The notes beneath the pieces were generated by a model. The model saw only the letters and a list, made by a program, of their open reading frames with translations, did not search any database and was not told where the DNA came from. Of a DNA stretch of 64,000 nucleotides, positions 20,437-30,668 are shown piece after piece (within the stretch, counting starts at the first letter, position 1; every line of letters begins with the position of its first letter). This DNA comes from an uncultured Candidatus Actinomarina sp. (GTDB lineage Bacteria; Actinomycetota; Acidimicrobiia; Actinomarinales; Actinomarinaceae): NCBI GenBank assembly GCA_902626065.1, contig CACODT010000001.1:221728-285727 (forward strand), given 5' to 3'. A program made the position numbers and the translations under genes.

Positions 20437-21645
20437 ATGGAAGATAACGATTTTCAACAACAAGAGCTATTTGAGACTGAAAAATACATTTCAGATTTGG
20501 TCGATGAGAAAACTAAAAAGAAATCATCAACACTTAATATCATTTTCTTGTCTTCATTTCTAACAAGCACGATAGTTTTATCTTTTTTATTCTTTTTCGG
20601 AGTTTTTGAAGAAGAAGAAATAATCCTTCCAGACCCTGTAACTATAACTGAAACCATAAAAGAAAAAGAGCTTGTAATGCCAAGAGTTGATTCGACAGAA
20701 GTTGTATCGATTGCGGAAATAGCCACCAAAACAATTGTTCAACTACAAGTAGGAGAACGAAATCAAGAGGATGAGTTCATATCAATTGGTGGAGGTTCTG
20801 GAGTTGTCATTGATCAAAAAGGTTTAATTATTACCAATCATCATGTTATTGAAAATGCCACCGATGTACGAGTTATTTTTGAGGATGGAAGAATGTACGA
20901 GGCCAGTATTGTCGGATCAGACAAACTCACTGACATTGGTGTAGTAAGAATTGAAAACGATAATTTATCACCCATAAATTTTGGAAACAGTGAAGGCGTT
21001 TTTGTAGGAGATTTGGCAGTTGCAATTGGTCATCCCCTAACTCTAGGAGCAGCTCCAACTGTTACTACAGGTGTAATCTCTGCATTAGATAGAAGACTCG
21101 ATGTTGGTAGTGAAGCCATGAATAATGCTGTTACACTCTTTGGACTAATACAGACTGATGCACCCATTACTAGGGGTTCTAGTGGTGGTGCATTGTTAAA
21201 TTCTAGCGGAGAGTTAATTGGTATAACGACAGCAATTGCAACAGCAGATGTCGGAGCAGAGGGATTAGGTTTTGCAGTACCTATAAATCTCGCACTTGGA
21301 ATCGTAGAGGATATTCTTGATGATGGAAAAGTATTTCATGCATTTCTAGGCATACTAGGTGCACAATATTTTGAAGTAGCTGATGATGGTGCAAGAATAT
21401 TTTCGGGTGTATTGATCGAGGAACTATATGGTCCTGCAAATGATATTTATGCAATTGGTAAAGCTGGTGCACTGCCAGGAGATGTAATTAAAAAAATAAA
21501 TGATACAAAAATAGCCACACTTGATCAATTAATCACAATTTTAAGAAATAAAAGAGCAGGAGATGCTATTACTGTCGAAATATTAAGAGATGAAAATACT
21601 ATAACGCTCGACTTCACTCTTGATTTACGACCATCTGATGTGTAA
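20437..21645 (+). CDS. htrA: HtrA/DegP-family trypsin-like serine protease with C-terminal PDZ
   Basis: N-terminal TM, HVI (His), D, GSSGGAL (catalytic Ser) and a C-terminal PDZ domain. Confidence 0.8.
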   Translation: MEDNDFQQQELFETEKYISDLVDEKTKKKSSTLNIIFLSSFLTSTIVLSFLFFFGVFEEEEIILPDPVTITETIKEKELVMPRVDSTEVVSIAEIATKTIVQLQVGERNQEDEFISIGGGSGVVIDQKGLIITNHHVIENATDVRVIFEDGRMYEASIVGSDKLTDIGVVRIENDNLSPINFGNSEGVFVGDLAVAIGHPLTLGAAPTVTTGVISALDRRLDVGSEAMNNAVTLFGLIQTDAPITRGSSGGALLNSSGELIGITTAIATADVGAEGLGFAVPINLALGIVEDILDDGKVFHAFLGILGAQYFEVADDGARIFSGVLIEELYGPANDIYAIGKAGALPGDVIKKINDTKIATLDQLITILRNKRAGDAITVEILRDENTITLDFTLDLRPSDV

Positions 21646-22697
21646 TGTCTGAAGATATTTTCTCACAATTTTTTAACCTGTTTAACAATGAGGAATCAGG
21701 TGTAAATTGGGAGTTAGCAAAACAAATTAATAATCATATATTAAAAGAAGATGTAGATTCCACACTAGAACTTTCAAATTCTGACGTAAATTTTGAGCAA
21801 ATATTTAGAGTGATTGAACTAAAAGCTAATGAGACAAGTGACAATAATATAAGTCCCCAAGAAATTCGCTTTTTAAATTCAAAAGATTATGGTCTTTGGT
21901 TTATAAATTCAATAAAACATTTTGATTTTGAGAGTATAGAATCACCAGAGATATCAATGCTTGGAGGATTTGGTGGTAGTAATCTCAAGTCTTCCTTACT
22001 TGGAATGCAATTTGGTAATTTGGCGGGTCTCCTGGGAAAATTTTCATGGGGCCTGAGTCAATTTGGACTTATTCTTCCTGTATCGAATACTCTTGCAATT
22101 AATCAAAAAAACTTTAATAACAAAATCAGTAATTTTGAAGCTAACGAAAATGACTTGAGTCTGGCTTTTTTAACTCTTGAATACATAACTTTATCCTTAG
22201 GAAAGTATTCTCAACCATTTGAAAATATTATGAATACTATCACTAAAAGTTCTGAGGATATGATAAATACTATGAAAGATCTCAATCTTGATATGGGACC
22301 TGAGGCAATGAATAATCCCCAAGAAATGTTTTCAGGAATTTCAGGAATAGAAGGGTTTAATCCAAATGAAATATTTGAAAGTATTGCAGCACCACTTAGT
22401 TTCTACAGATCGGTTGTTAAACAAAAATCCAAAGAACTAAATCTTCTTCAGAACGAATCTATTTTTGATCTTGCAATGGACCTTTCTTTTACTAATTATG
22501 AAAGTCCAACAAAAGACATAGAAACAAAAATTTCAGAACTAGACAACTATTCAGATGAATTTTTAAATTACATTAATGATTCTCAATCAACATTCTCTTT
22601 GGACGACATCCTTGGCTCAACGGAACTTGTACCAACTTTAGATGAATTGTATGATCCTATTTCTTGGGCAGCCCGTACATCTATGCCTCCTATATAG
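21645..22697 (+). CDS. hypothetical protein, translationally coupled to htrA
   Basis: 350 aa. Its start overlaps the htrA stop (TAATG). No HExxH or other catalytic motif was seen. It is Asn/Ser-rich. Confidence 0.35.
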   Translation: MSEDIFSQFFNLFNNEESGVNWELAKQINNHILKEDVDSTLELSNSDVNFEQIFRVIELKANETSDNNISPQEIRFLNSKDYGLWFINSIKHFDFESIESPEISMLGGFGGSNLKSSLLGMQFGNLAGLLGKFSWGLSQFGLILPVSNTLAINQKNFNNKISNFEANENDLSLAFLTLEYITLSLGKYSQPFENIMNTITKSSEDMINTMKDLNLDMGPEAMNNPQEMFSGISGIEGFNPNEIFESIAAPLSFYRSVVKQKSKELNLLQNESIFDLAMDLSFTNYESPTKDIETKISELDNYSDEFLNYINDSQSTFSLDDILGSTELVPTLDELYDPISWAARTSMPPI

Positions 22698-22733
22698 TTA
22701 TTATAAGAGTTGAATCCAGAAGGAGAATATTAA

Positions 22734-23192
22734 ATGAGTTTAAATATCGGAGACAAAATACCTAATTTTTCTCTCATGAATTATGACAAGGAAACTTTAC
22801 AATCTGATGACTTTCTTGGAAAGAAAACCATGTTTGTTTTTATCCCTTTTCCATTTAGTTCAGTTTGCGATGGAGAGATTTGTCAACTTCGTGATAATAT
22901 GGATGCATTTAAATCAGCTGAAACAGATACCGTCATGATTACTGTTGCAGCAAGGCCAACAAATGAAGCTTGGGCAAATCATTATAATATCACTTTTCCA
23001 ATTCTTGCCGACTTTTGGCCGCATGGCGAGGTCTCAAAAGAATTTGGATGTTTTCATGACGGTGCTGGTATCTCCCTAAGATATACATATATAACCGATG
23101 AAAATAATGTCATTACTGAAATAATTAAAAGTGATGAAATTGGAGTTGAAAGAGATTTTGGAGCTTACAAAGAGAAATTTAATATTTCTTAG
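22734..23192 (+). CDS. peroxiredoxin (AhpE/Bcp-like thiol peroxidase)
   Basis: FVFIPFPFSSVCDGEICQ matches the peroxiredoxin PxxxT/SxxC peroxidatic Cys context. 152 aa. Confidence 0.7.
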   Translation: MSLNIGDKIPNFSLMNYDKETLQSDDFLGKKTMFVFIPFPFSSVCDGEICQLRDNMDAFKSAETDTVMITVAARPTNEAWANHYNITFPILADFWPHGEVSKEFGCFHDGAGISLRYTYITDENNVITEIIKSDEIGVERDFGAYKEKFNIS

Positions 23193-23488
23193 CCAACATC
23201 CCTGATATCACTATCTTGAATGCGTTGTCGTTTGATTCTTCTTCTTTCACGTTCAGATAATCCACCCCAAATACCAAACTTTTCTGATTGATCGATGGCA
23301 AATTCTAAACAATCATCTTGAACTGTACATGCCCTGCAAATGGATTTAGCTTTTCTAGTTGATGCACCTCTCTCTGGAAAAAAAATATCAGCATCTGCAC
23401 CCTTGCAATTAGCTTCTTCGGTCCATGGAGGCATTCCCCCTATAAGTTCATCGATTATTGAATTCTCCACATCACCCCTTAAAATCAT
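23189..23488 (-). CDS. whiB: WhiB-family Fe-S transcriptional regulator
   Basis: Four Cys (C..C..C..DDC), then the GIWGGLSERERRRIKR turn and basic tail diagnostic of WhiB/Wbl proteins. This is a hallmark of Actinobacteria. Confidence 0.85.
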   Translation of the reverse strand: MILRGDVENSIIDELIGGMPPWTEEANCKGADADIFFPERGASTRKAKSICRACTVQDDCLEFAIDQSEKFGIWGGLSERERRRIKRQRIQDSDIRDVG

Positions 23489-23496
23489 GAAAAACT

Positions 23497-23516
23497 AAAT
23501 TACATATGTGTAATTT
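23497..23516. promoter_or_regulatory. perfect 8-4-8 palindrome AAATTACA-TATG-TGTAATTT, 9 nt upstream of the whiB start
   Basis: Read directly from the sequence. It sits in the whiB/sdhC divergent intergenic region. It is a candidate operator or a 5'UTR hairpin. Confidence 0.3.
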
Positions 23517-23606
23517 ATTATTGTTATATCGTTATGTCAAGGGGGTTATTTCCTAATTAATTTAGATTAATATACCTTTTATAGCATAATTAATAAAGGT
23601 AATTTA

Positions 23607-24068
23607 ATGGCATACCAACGAATTGTTTCGACTGGTTCAGTTTATAAAGGTAAGACTGGAATGTGGCTCTATATTTTTCATAGAGTTACTGGTGTTGGTC
23701 TATTTGGCTATCTTTTACTTCATATAATCTCTACTGCCTTGATATTGTTAGGACCAGAAATTTATGAGGGTGCAGAAGCCATATACAAAAATTTTTACTT
23801 TAGAGTTGCTGAAATTGGTTTAATGGCTGCCGTGTTGGGCCATGCAATTAATGGATTAAGAATCATTGCTGTAGATTTATGGAAAAAAGGATCTGATTAT
23901 CAAAAACAATTAAACTTTGTATCACTTTTTATATTTTTGGTAATTTTCGTTCCTACAACTTATAAAATGACCACTTCATATTTTGATTTATGTCTACAGA
24001 AAAGCTCTGAGGGCACAACCGTTGTTGATTGTATAATTAGGCCGATACCAGATTGGAAAACAAAATAA
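23607..24068 (+). CDS. sdhC: succinate dehydrogenase cytochrome b subunit
   Basis: Three-TM haem-binding protein directly upstream of sdhD, sdhA and sdhB. It carries the HRxTG motif region. Confidence 0.7.
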   Translation: MAYQRIVSTGSVYKGKTGMWLYIFHRVTGVGLFGYLLLHIISTALILLGPEIYEGAEAIYKNFYFRVAEIGLMAAVLGHAINGLRIIAVDLWKKGSDYQKQLNFVSLFIFLVIFVPTTYKMTTSYFDLCLQKSSEGTTVVDCIIRPIPDWKTK

Positions 24069-24463
24069 TGCAAACGACCAGAACTGATTGGGGCCGCCGC
24101 CAACCACCTGTTGGAGGATCTAGTTTTGAGCTTCATGCATGGTTTTTTATGAGGGTTAGTGGATTAGTATTAGTCTTCTTAGCTGTTTGGCATATGTTTA
24201 TCATGCATGTATTCAATGACACTCTTAACCTAGATTATGACTTTGTTGCAGCGAGGTGGGAAACTCCGTATTGGAGAGCATTTGACTGGCTTCTACTCAC
24301 TTTGAGCCTTCTACATGGTACTAATGGATTACGAGTTGTTATTCATGATAATTTAGCTGATAAAACAATTCGTAAACTTGCACACAGTGCCCTTTATGGG
24401 ACCTCTTTAATATTCTTTATAATAGGAACGTATGCAATCGTTGCATTTGTAAGACAAGTATGA
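24053..24463 (+). CDS. sdhD: succinate dehydrogenase hydrophobic membrane anchor subunit
   Basis: 136 aa, three TM, with conserved His. It overlaps sdhC and sdhA. Confidence 0.65.
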   Translation: MENKIMQTTRTDWGRRQPPVGGSSFELHAWFFMRVSGLVLVFLAVWHMFIMHVFNDTLNLDYDFVAARWETPYWRAFDWLLLTLSLLHGTNGLRVVIHDNLADKTIRKLAHSALYGTSLIFFIIGTYAIVAFVRQV

Positions 24464-26202
24464 AAGTAATAAAACATTCTTTTGATGGAGTAATAGTTGG
24501 TGCTGGAGGTGCTGGCCTCAGAGCGGCCATTGAAGCTGCTCCTCATATGAAACTAGCAGTCATCACAAAACTTTACCCGACCAGATCACACACTGGAGCA
24601 GCTCAGGGGGGCATGAGTGCTGCACTTGCAAATGTTGAGGAGGATAATTGGAATTGGCATGCTTTCGATACAGTAAAAGGTTCTGATTATCTGGCAGATC
24701 AACCCGCAGTTGATATTCTTTGTAAAGAAGCTATTGACGCAGTAATTGAACTTGAACACTGGGGGCTTCCATTTAGTAGATTAGAAAATGGAAAAATTGC
24801 TCAAAGAAGATTTGGTGGCCACACAGTTAAAGAGGGAGAATCACCAGCTTTCAGAGCATGTTATTCTGCAGATAGAACAGGTCACATGATACTTCAAACA
24901 CTTTACCAAAAGTGTGTGTCCATGGGTGTAACTTTTTTTGATGAATTTCAAGTTCTTGACATAAAAATTGAAGATGGCATCTGCCAGGGTGTAATTGCTT
25001 ATGAACTAGCAACAGGTGATATACATATTTTTGAAACAAGAGCCGTAACTTTTGCAACCGGTGGTTTTGGAAAAATATTTAAAGTAAGTTCCAATGCTCA
25101 CTCATTAACAGGTGATGGTCCAGGGATACTTTATCAAAAAGGTTTACCGCTTGAGGATATGGAGTTCTATCAATTTCATCCAACTGGAATTTATCGACTA
25201 GGTATTCTCCTATCTGAAGCGGCAAGAGGTGAAGGTGGTATTTTACGAAATAAAGATGGGGAAAGATTTATGGAAAGATATGCACCTTCAATCAAAGATT
25301 TAGCGCCAAGAGATATGGTATCGAGAGCGATAGCTACTGAAATAAGTGCTGGCAATGGAGCTGGTCCAGATAGTGATTACGTTTATTTAGATTTAACTCA
25401 TCTAGGTGCAGAGACAATAAAGAAAAAGTTGCCTGATATTACAGATTTTGTAAGGACATATGTAAAAATAGAACCAATCGACGAGCCTATACCTGTTCAG
25501 CCAACTGCTCATTACGCAATGGGTGGTATTCCAACTGATATAAATTCCCGTGTTGTGAGTGATGAAAAAGGAACAGTCCTCCCTGGTGTCTATGCCGCAG
25601 GAGAAGCAGCATGTGTTAGTGTTCACGGTGCAAATAGGTTAGGTACTAACTCGTTGCTTGATATTGTAGTTTTTGGTAAAAGAGCTGGTCAAAGCATGGT
25701 AGATTATGTAACTCAAACAAAGCCAAATAGTATCAGTGAAAGTGCTTCAGATGATTTAAGTAAAAAGATAAATAGCCTGGTTGAAAAAGAACACACTGAA
25801 GAGTTCTCTGTTGCAAAAATAAGAAAAGACCTACAAGAATCCATGGAAGAAAATGCAAAAATATTCAGAACTAGGGAAACATTAGAAAAGCAGACGGAAA
25901 TATTAGAAGAATTAAGAGAGAGATACGAAAATGTTACTATTTTTGATAAAAGTAAAGTTCATAACTCTGAACTTGTAGAAGCTATTGAGTTGGATTACTT
26001 ATTGGATATGTCAGAAGCAACTGTTGCTAGTGCACTTGCACGTAATGAATCACGAGGAGCTCATTCACGTCAAGATTTTCCAGATCGTGATGATGAAAAT
26101 TTTATGAAGCACTCATTTGCATTCAAAAAAGATAACACGGCAAATCTAAAGTATCGAGATGTAGAATTAGGTAAATATGAACCTATGGAGAGAAAATACT
26201 AA
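24460..26202 (+). CDS. sdhA: succinate dehydrogenase flavoprotein subunit
   Basis: N-terminal FAD-binding VGAGGAGLRAA, the covalent-FAD His context (RSHTGAAQGG) and HGANRLG. Confidence 0.95.
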   Translation: MKVIKHSFDGVIVGAGGAGLRAAIEAAPHMKLAVITKLYPTRSHTGAAQGGMSAALANVEEDNWNWHAFDTVKGSDYLADQPAVDILCKEAIDAVIELEHWGLPFSRLENGKIAQRRFGGHTVKEGESPAFRACYSADRTGHMILQTLYQKCVSMGVTFFDEFQVLDIKIEDGICQGVIAYELATGDIHIFETRAVTFATGGFGKIFKVSSNAHSLTGDGPGILYQKGLPLEDMEFYQFHPTGIYRLGILLSEAARGEGGILRNKDGERFMERYAPSIKDLAPRDMVSRAIATEISAGNGAGPDSDYVYLDLTHLGAETIKKKLPDITDFVRTYVKIEPIDEPIPVQPTAHYAMGGIPTDINSRVVSDEKGTVLPGVYAAGEAACVSVHGANRLGTNSLLDIVVFGKRAGQSMVDYVTQTKPNSISESASDDLSKKINSLVEKEHTEEFSVAKIRKDLQESMEENAKIFRTRETLEKQTEILEELRERYENVTIFDKSKVHNSELVEAIELDYLLDMSEATVASALARNESRGAHSRQDFPDRDDENFMKHSFAFKKDNTANLKYRDVELGKYEPMERKY

Positions 26203-26897
26203 TGGATATTAGTTTAAAAATTTTAAGATACGATCCAGAATCAGATAGAAAAGGACACTGGGAGAACTACATTGTTGATGCTGAACCTGAAGAAAGAATT
26301 CTAGATCTATTACATAAAATAAAATGGTTTGAAGATGGCTCTCTTTCATTTAGAAGATCTTGTGCTCATGGCGTTTGCGGTTCCGATGCAATGGTTATTA
26401 ATGGTGAGAACATGCTTGCATGCCAAGTACTAGTTAAAGAAGTAGGTAACCCAATAAAAATTGAACCGATACGTGGTCTTCCTGTTGTAAAAGATTTAAT
26501 TGTAGATATGGAACCATTCTTCGAAAGCTATAAAAAAGTTATGCCATATCTTATAAATGAAAAAGAGCCTGGAGAAAGAGAAAGATTACAATCTCCTGAA
26601 GATAGAGATAAATTTGAGGACACAACAAAGTGTATTTTATGTGCTGCCTGCACGACTAGCTGTCCAGTATTTTGGACAGCCGAAGCATATGTCGGTCCAG
26701 CAGCAATCGTAAATGCCCATAGATTTATTTTTGACTCTAGAGACCAGGGAACAACACAAAGATTAGAGATATTAAAAGATGTCAATGGAGCTTTCAGATG
26801 TAGAACAGCATTTAATTGTACATCGGCATGTCCACGAGGTATTCAAGTTACTAAAGCCATAGAAGATATAAAACGAGAAACACTACTGAATAATTAA
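26202..26897 (+). CDS. sdhB: succinate dehydrogenase iron-sulfur subunit
   Basis: 2Fe-2S (CxxGxCGSD) and 4Fe-4S/3Fe-4S Cys clusters (CILCAACTTSCP, CTSACP). Confidence 0.95.
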   Translation: MDISLKILRYDPESDRKGHWENYIVDAEPEERILDLLHKIKWFEDGSLSFRRSCAHGVCGSDAMVINGENMLACQVLVKEVGNPIKIEPIRGLPVVKDLIVDMEPFFESYKKVMPYLINEKEPGERERLQSPEDRDKFEDTTKCILCAACTTSCPVFWTAEAYVGPAAIVNAHRFIFDSRDQGTTQRLEILKDVNGAFRCRTAFNCTSACPRGIQVTKAIEDIKRETLLNN

Positions 26898-27187
26898 TGC
26901 AAAACTTAAAAGCTGATATTGAAGAAGTAGTCAAAAACTTAAAACTGTCTGATAAAAACTCACTGAACAATATATATCTTCATTTATTTGATTCGAGTGA
27001 AGAAAGTTTCATAAATTTAGATACAGGAGAAATTACAAAAAAACTATCTCACGACAACTATGGATTAATCATAAAAATGTCAGTAGAAACTTTTAATGAG
27101 TTAAAAAATAATGAGAAGCATCCAGAAGATCTTATGTTTGAGGAAAAAATTAAAATTTCTGGAGATCTTAAGTTACTTCAACAATAA
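26897..27187 (+). CDS. small SCP2-like protein (hypothetical)
   Basis: 96 aa. The C-terminal KIKISGDLKLL resembles the SCP2 sterol-carrier C-terminus. It is coupled to the sdhB stop (TAATG). Confidence 0.3.
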   Translation: MQNLKADIEEVVKNLKLSDKNSLNNIYLHLFDSSEESFINLDTGEITKKLSHDNYGLIIKMSVETFNELKNNEKHPEDLMFEEKIKISGDLKLLQQ

Positions 27188-27212
27188 GAAAAGACGGCAT
27201 TGCCGTCTTTTC
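27188..27212. terminator. bidirectional intrinsic terminator between the sdh operon and hup
   Basis: gaaaagacggc-att-gccgtcttttc, an 11-bp stem between convergent genes. Confidence 0.6.
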
Positions 27213-27231
27213 AAATGATTAAATTAATAAT

Positions 27232-27504
27232 TTAGTTTAAACTATCTTTTAATCCTTTTGCAGCTTTAAAAGCTGGGGCATTTTTAGCAGCAATTTGGAT
27301 TGTTTCTCCAGTTGCTGGATTTCTACCCTGTCTAGCAGCCCTGTATCTTGACTCAAACTGTCCAAATCCAGCAATACTTACTTTATCGCCATTTTTCATA
27401 CCGTTTGTTATGCCATCAAAAACTGCGTCAACAGCTGCTTTTGCGTCTGATTGTGACAATCCTACTTCAGAAGCCACTACGCTTGCCAATTGGTCTTTAT
27501 TCAT
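27232..27504 (-). CDS. hup: DNA-binding protein HU
   Basis: 90 aa. MNKDQLASVVA...GFGQFESRYRAARQGRNPATGETIQI. The conserved Pro arm is present. Confidence 0.9.
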   Translation of the reverse strand: MNKDQLASVVASEVGLSQSDAKAAVDAVFDGITNGMKNGDKVSIAGFGQFESRYRAARQGRNPATGETIQIAAKNAPAFKAAKGLKDSLN

Positions 27505-27610
27505 AGCTGTTTTGCCTTTCTTTAATATTTCTTAAGGCAATTATAGTTTTTTTATATAAAATATCTCAAAAATACAATAAATATTGGGTTTTTTTTAAAA
27601 AAGACTGATT

Positions 27611-28549
27611 TTATTGATTTTTTATGTTATTGAGTTCTTCAACCTTAGTTTTTACAGCGTTTGAAGCATTAATAAGTGCATGTCTTTCTGTCTCTGTAAG
27701 TTCAAATTCTACGACTTCAGTAACCCCATCCTTGCCAAGTTTTGCAGGCACTCCAAGATAAACATTATTAATACCGTATTGACCATCAAGCCATGCACAT
27801 ACTGGGAAAATTTCATCTGAATTGTTTACTATCGATTTAACCATTACTGCCGCTGAAGACGCAGGTGCAAAATATGCACTTCCAGTTTTTAATAATCCTA
27901 CAATTTCAGCACCACCGTTTGAAGTTTTCTCAACAAGCTCATTTATATCAGATTCACTCAAAATATTTGTTAAAGGCTCTCCTTTCACTGTACAAAGTGA
28001 TGGGACAGGAACCATTGTCTCTCCATGACTACCTAAAGTTAAGGCGTATACATCAGAGGTTTTTACAGAAAGCTTTTCAGCAATAAAATATGCAAACCTT
28101 GATGAATCTAAAATTCCTGCTTGTCCCATAACTTTGTTTTTTGACAAACCTGAAACATCTGAGGCAAGAGTTGTCATTTGATCTAGGGGGTTTGTTACAA
28201 CAACAATTGAGGGATTATCCGAATATTTTAATATTTCTTCCGTCACGCCTTGAACAATTTTTGCATTTACCTCAAGCAAATCCATGCGAGACATTCCTGG
28301 CTTTCTTGGTAGACCAGCAGTAATGACAACTACATCACTTCCTTCTGTATCTTTATAATCGTTTGTTCCAATCAATTTTGTATTGAATTTTTCAACAAAT
28401 CGGGATTGATTAATGTCAAGAGCAAGCCCCTGTGGAAGACCTTCTACGATGTCTGTCATTACAACCTCATGTACGATATCATATTCTGCTATTCTTAATG
28501 CAGTCATTGAACCATACTTTCCAGCTCCAACAACTGAAACTTTATTCAT
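27611..28549 (-). CDS. mdh: malate dehydrogenase (LDH-like type)
   Basis: N-terminal Rossmann VVGAGKYG, GSHGETMVP active-site loop and 312 aa typical of LDH-like MDH. Confidence 0.85.
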   Translation of the reverse strand: MNKVSVVGAGKYGSMTALRIAEYDIVHEVVMTDIVEGLPQGLALDINQSRFVEKFNTKLIGTNDYKDTEGSDVVVITAGLPRKPGMSRMDLLEVNAKIVQGVTEEILKYSDNPSIVVVTNPLDQMTTLASDVSGLSKNKVMGQAGILDSSRFAYFIAEKLSVKTSDVYALTLGSHGETMVPVPSLCTVKGEPLTNILSESDINELVEKTSNGGAEIVGLLKTGSAYFAPASSAAVMVKSIVNNSDEIFPVCAWLDGQYGINNVYLGVPAKLGKDGVTEVVEFELTETERHALINASNAVKTKVEELNNIKNQ

Positions 28550-29800
28550 TTACTTCTTCTCCTTTTTTGAAGTTTTCATATTATTGATTAAAGCATTTGC
28601 AAATTCCGATGAAGATAGTATTTTTTTAACACTTCTGCCTCGAGCTAAATCATAAGTTACTTTTCCTTCAAGAATTGTTTTTTCCATTGATTCAACGATT
28701 AGGTCAGCAGCACTGTTCCAGCCCATATATCTAAACATCATGACCCCTGATAAAATTAAAGATCCTGGATTTGTTTTATCCTGACCTGCATATTTTGGAG
28801 CTGTGCCATGTGTTGCTTCAAAGACAGCTTTTCCATTCTCATAGTTAATATTTCCTCCAGGACTGATACCAATACCCCCTATTTGGGCTGCTAACGCGTC
28901 AGAAGCATAATCACCATTAAGGTTTGTTGTAGCAATTACATCAAACATTTGTGGTTTTATAAGTATCTGTTGCAAAAATGCATCAGCAATAACATCTTGA
29001 ACTAATATTTTATCCCCGGGATCACCATCACAATCCTCCCATGAAACAGCAACGTCTGAAAATTCAGATTTAACAAGGTCATAACCCCATTTTCTAAATG
29101 CACCTTCCGTGAATTTCATAATGTTACCTTTATGAACCAGAGCAACATTTTTTTTATCATTTTCTACGGCATAATTTAAGGCAGCTCTTATTAGTCTTTC
29201 AGATGCGGTTTGTGATATTGGTTTTATTCCAATACCACTATCTGATCTTATATCCCATCCGAATTCCTGTTTTAGAAAATTATTAAGTTTTTCCACATCT
29301 TTTGTGGAGTTTTCAAGCTCTTTTCCTGCATAAACATCTTCGGTATTTTCCCTAAATAAAGTAATATCTACATCTTGCGGATTCTTTGTCGGAGTTTGAA
29401 TACCTTTAAAGTATTTGATAGGTCTTAGACAAACGTATAAATCCAGCTCTTGTCTAATAGCTACATTTATTGACCTTATTCCCTCACCTACAGGAGTCGT
29501 TAATGGTCCTTTTATTCCAACACCATACTCATTAAATGTTTCTAAAGTTTTATCAGGAAGCCAATCAGAAGTTGTATCAAAAGCTTTTTGCCCTGCGAGA
29601 ACTTCTATCCAATTAATCTTTCTATCATTTTTATAGGTTTTTTCAACTGCAGCGTCAAAAACTTTTTTTGCGGCTGGCCATATATCAATACCAATTCCAT
29701 CACCCTCAATAAATGGAACAGTCGGATTATCTGTATCAAAAGATTTTCTAGTTTCTTGAATTGCATTTATTAAATCTGTTCTGTTTAAGTTTTCAGCCAT
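28550..29800 (-). CDS. icd: NADP-dependent isocitrate dehydrogenase (dimeric type)
   Basis: [27 protein letters not shown] and a Ser-phosphorylation loop region. 416 aa. Confidence 0.9.
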   Translation of the reverse strand: MAENLNRTDLINAIQETRKSFDTDNPTVPFIEGDGIGIDIWPAAKKVFDAAVEKTYKNDRKINWIEVLAGQKAFDTTSDWLPDKTLETFNEYGVGIKGPLTTPVGEGIRSINVAIRQELDLYVCLRPIKYFKGIQTPTKNPQDVDITLFRENTEDVYAGKELENSTKDVEKLNNFLKQEFGWDIRSDSGIGIKPISQTASERLIRAALNYAVENDKKNVALVHKGNIMKFTEGAFRKWGYDLVKSEFSDVAVSWEDCDGDPGDKILVQDVIADAFLQQILIKPQMFDVIATTNLNGDYASDALAAQIGGIGISPGGNINYENGKAVFEATHGTAPKYAGQDKTNPGSLILSGVMMFRYMGWNSAADLIVESMEKTILEGKVTYDLARGRSVKKILSSSEFANALINNMKTSKKEKK

Positions 29801-30668
29801 TTATGGCACCCTTCATTGCTTCTCCTACTTCAGTTGGTGTTCTAACTACTTCCGCACCGGCATCAGTTAAAGCTTTAATTTTTGCTTCTGCGGTACCTTT
29901 GTTGCCTGAAACAATAGCTCCTGCATGTCCCATTTTTTTTCCAGGAGGAGCAGTAACTCCAGCTATATATGAGACGACAGGTTTTGTTACATATTGTTTT
30001 ATAAAGTCTGCAGCCTCTTCTTCAGCTGTACCACCAATCTCTCCTATCATTACGATACCTTCTGTTTCGCTGTCTGCTTGAAATTTTTCAATTACATCTA
30101 TGAATGACATTCCAGGTACAGGGTCTCCACCAATACCAATACACGTTGATTGTCCGATATTAAGATTTGTTAACTCATAAACTGCTTGATAAGTTAAAGT
30201 TCCCGATCTTGAAACTACTCCTATGTTTCCAGGCATAGTAATTTCATGTGGCATAATTCCAACATTTGCTTTACCAGGTGATATTAATCCTGGACAGTTT
30301 GGTCCCAATAACGATGCTTTAGTTTCTTTTTTCAAAATATCATACATTTCAGCTTCATCTTTTGCAGGTATGCCTTCTGTTATACAAACAATTAATTCAC
30401 ACCCACCAAATGCTGCTTCTAAGACTGCATCTTTTGCAAATGCAGGTGGGACGAAGGTTAAGGCAACATTTGCATTTGTTTTTTTTACAGCCTTTTCAAC
30501 ATCATCAAATATAGGTATTCCGTCAACATTTTCTCCACCTTTCCCAGGTCTAGTGCCGGCTACAATATTTGTTCCATAATCTCTATTTCTTAGTGCATGA
30601 AATTGGCCTTCTCTACCGGTGAGACCTTGAACAACAACTTTTGAATTTTCATCTATAAGAATTGACAA
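29793..30668 (-). CDS. sucD: succinyl-CoA ligase subunit alpha
   Basis: CoA-binding N-terminus and the phosphohistidine loop GHAGAIVSG. Confidence 0.95.
   Translation of the reverse strand: MSILIDENSKVVVQGLTGREGQFHALRNRDYGTNIVAGTRPGKGGENVDGIPIFDDVEKAVKKTNANVALTFVPPAFAKDAVLEAAFGGCELIVCITEGIPAKDEAEMYDILKKETKASLLGPNCPGLISPGKANVGIMPHEITMPGNIGVVSRSGTLTYQAVYELTNLNIGQSTCIGIGGDPVPGMSFIDVIEKFQADSETEGIVMIGEIGGTAEEEAADFIKQYVTKPVVSYIAGVTAPPGKKMGHAGAIVSGNKGTAEAKIKALTDAGAEVVRTPTEVGEAMKGAING

Noticed and set aside
21645-22697. Possible DUF2342-type zinc metalloprotease downstream of htrA
   Set aside because: The N-terminus (VNWELAKQINNHI) is faintly reminiscent, but there is no HExxH or other metal-binding motif anywhere in the 350 aa. 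It is left as hypothetical.
27505-27610. AT-rich 106-nt spacer upstream of hup, considered as a possible small RNA or riboswitch
   Set aside because: No stable hairpin or conserved riboswitch motif was evident. It is most simply the hup promoter and UTR.
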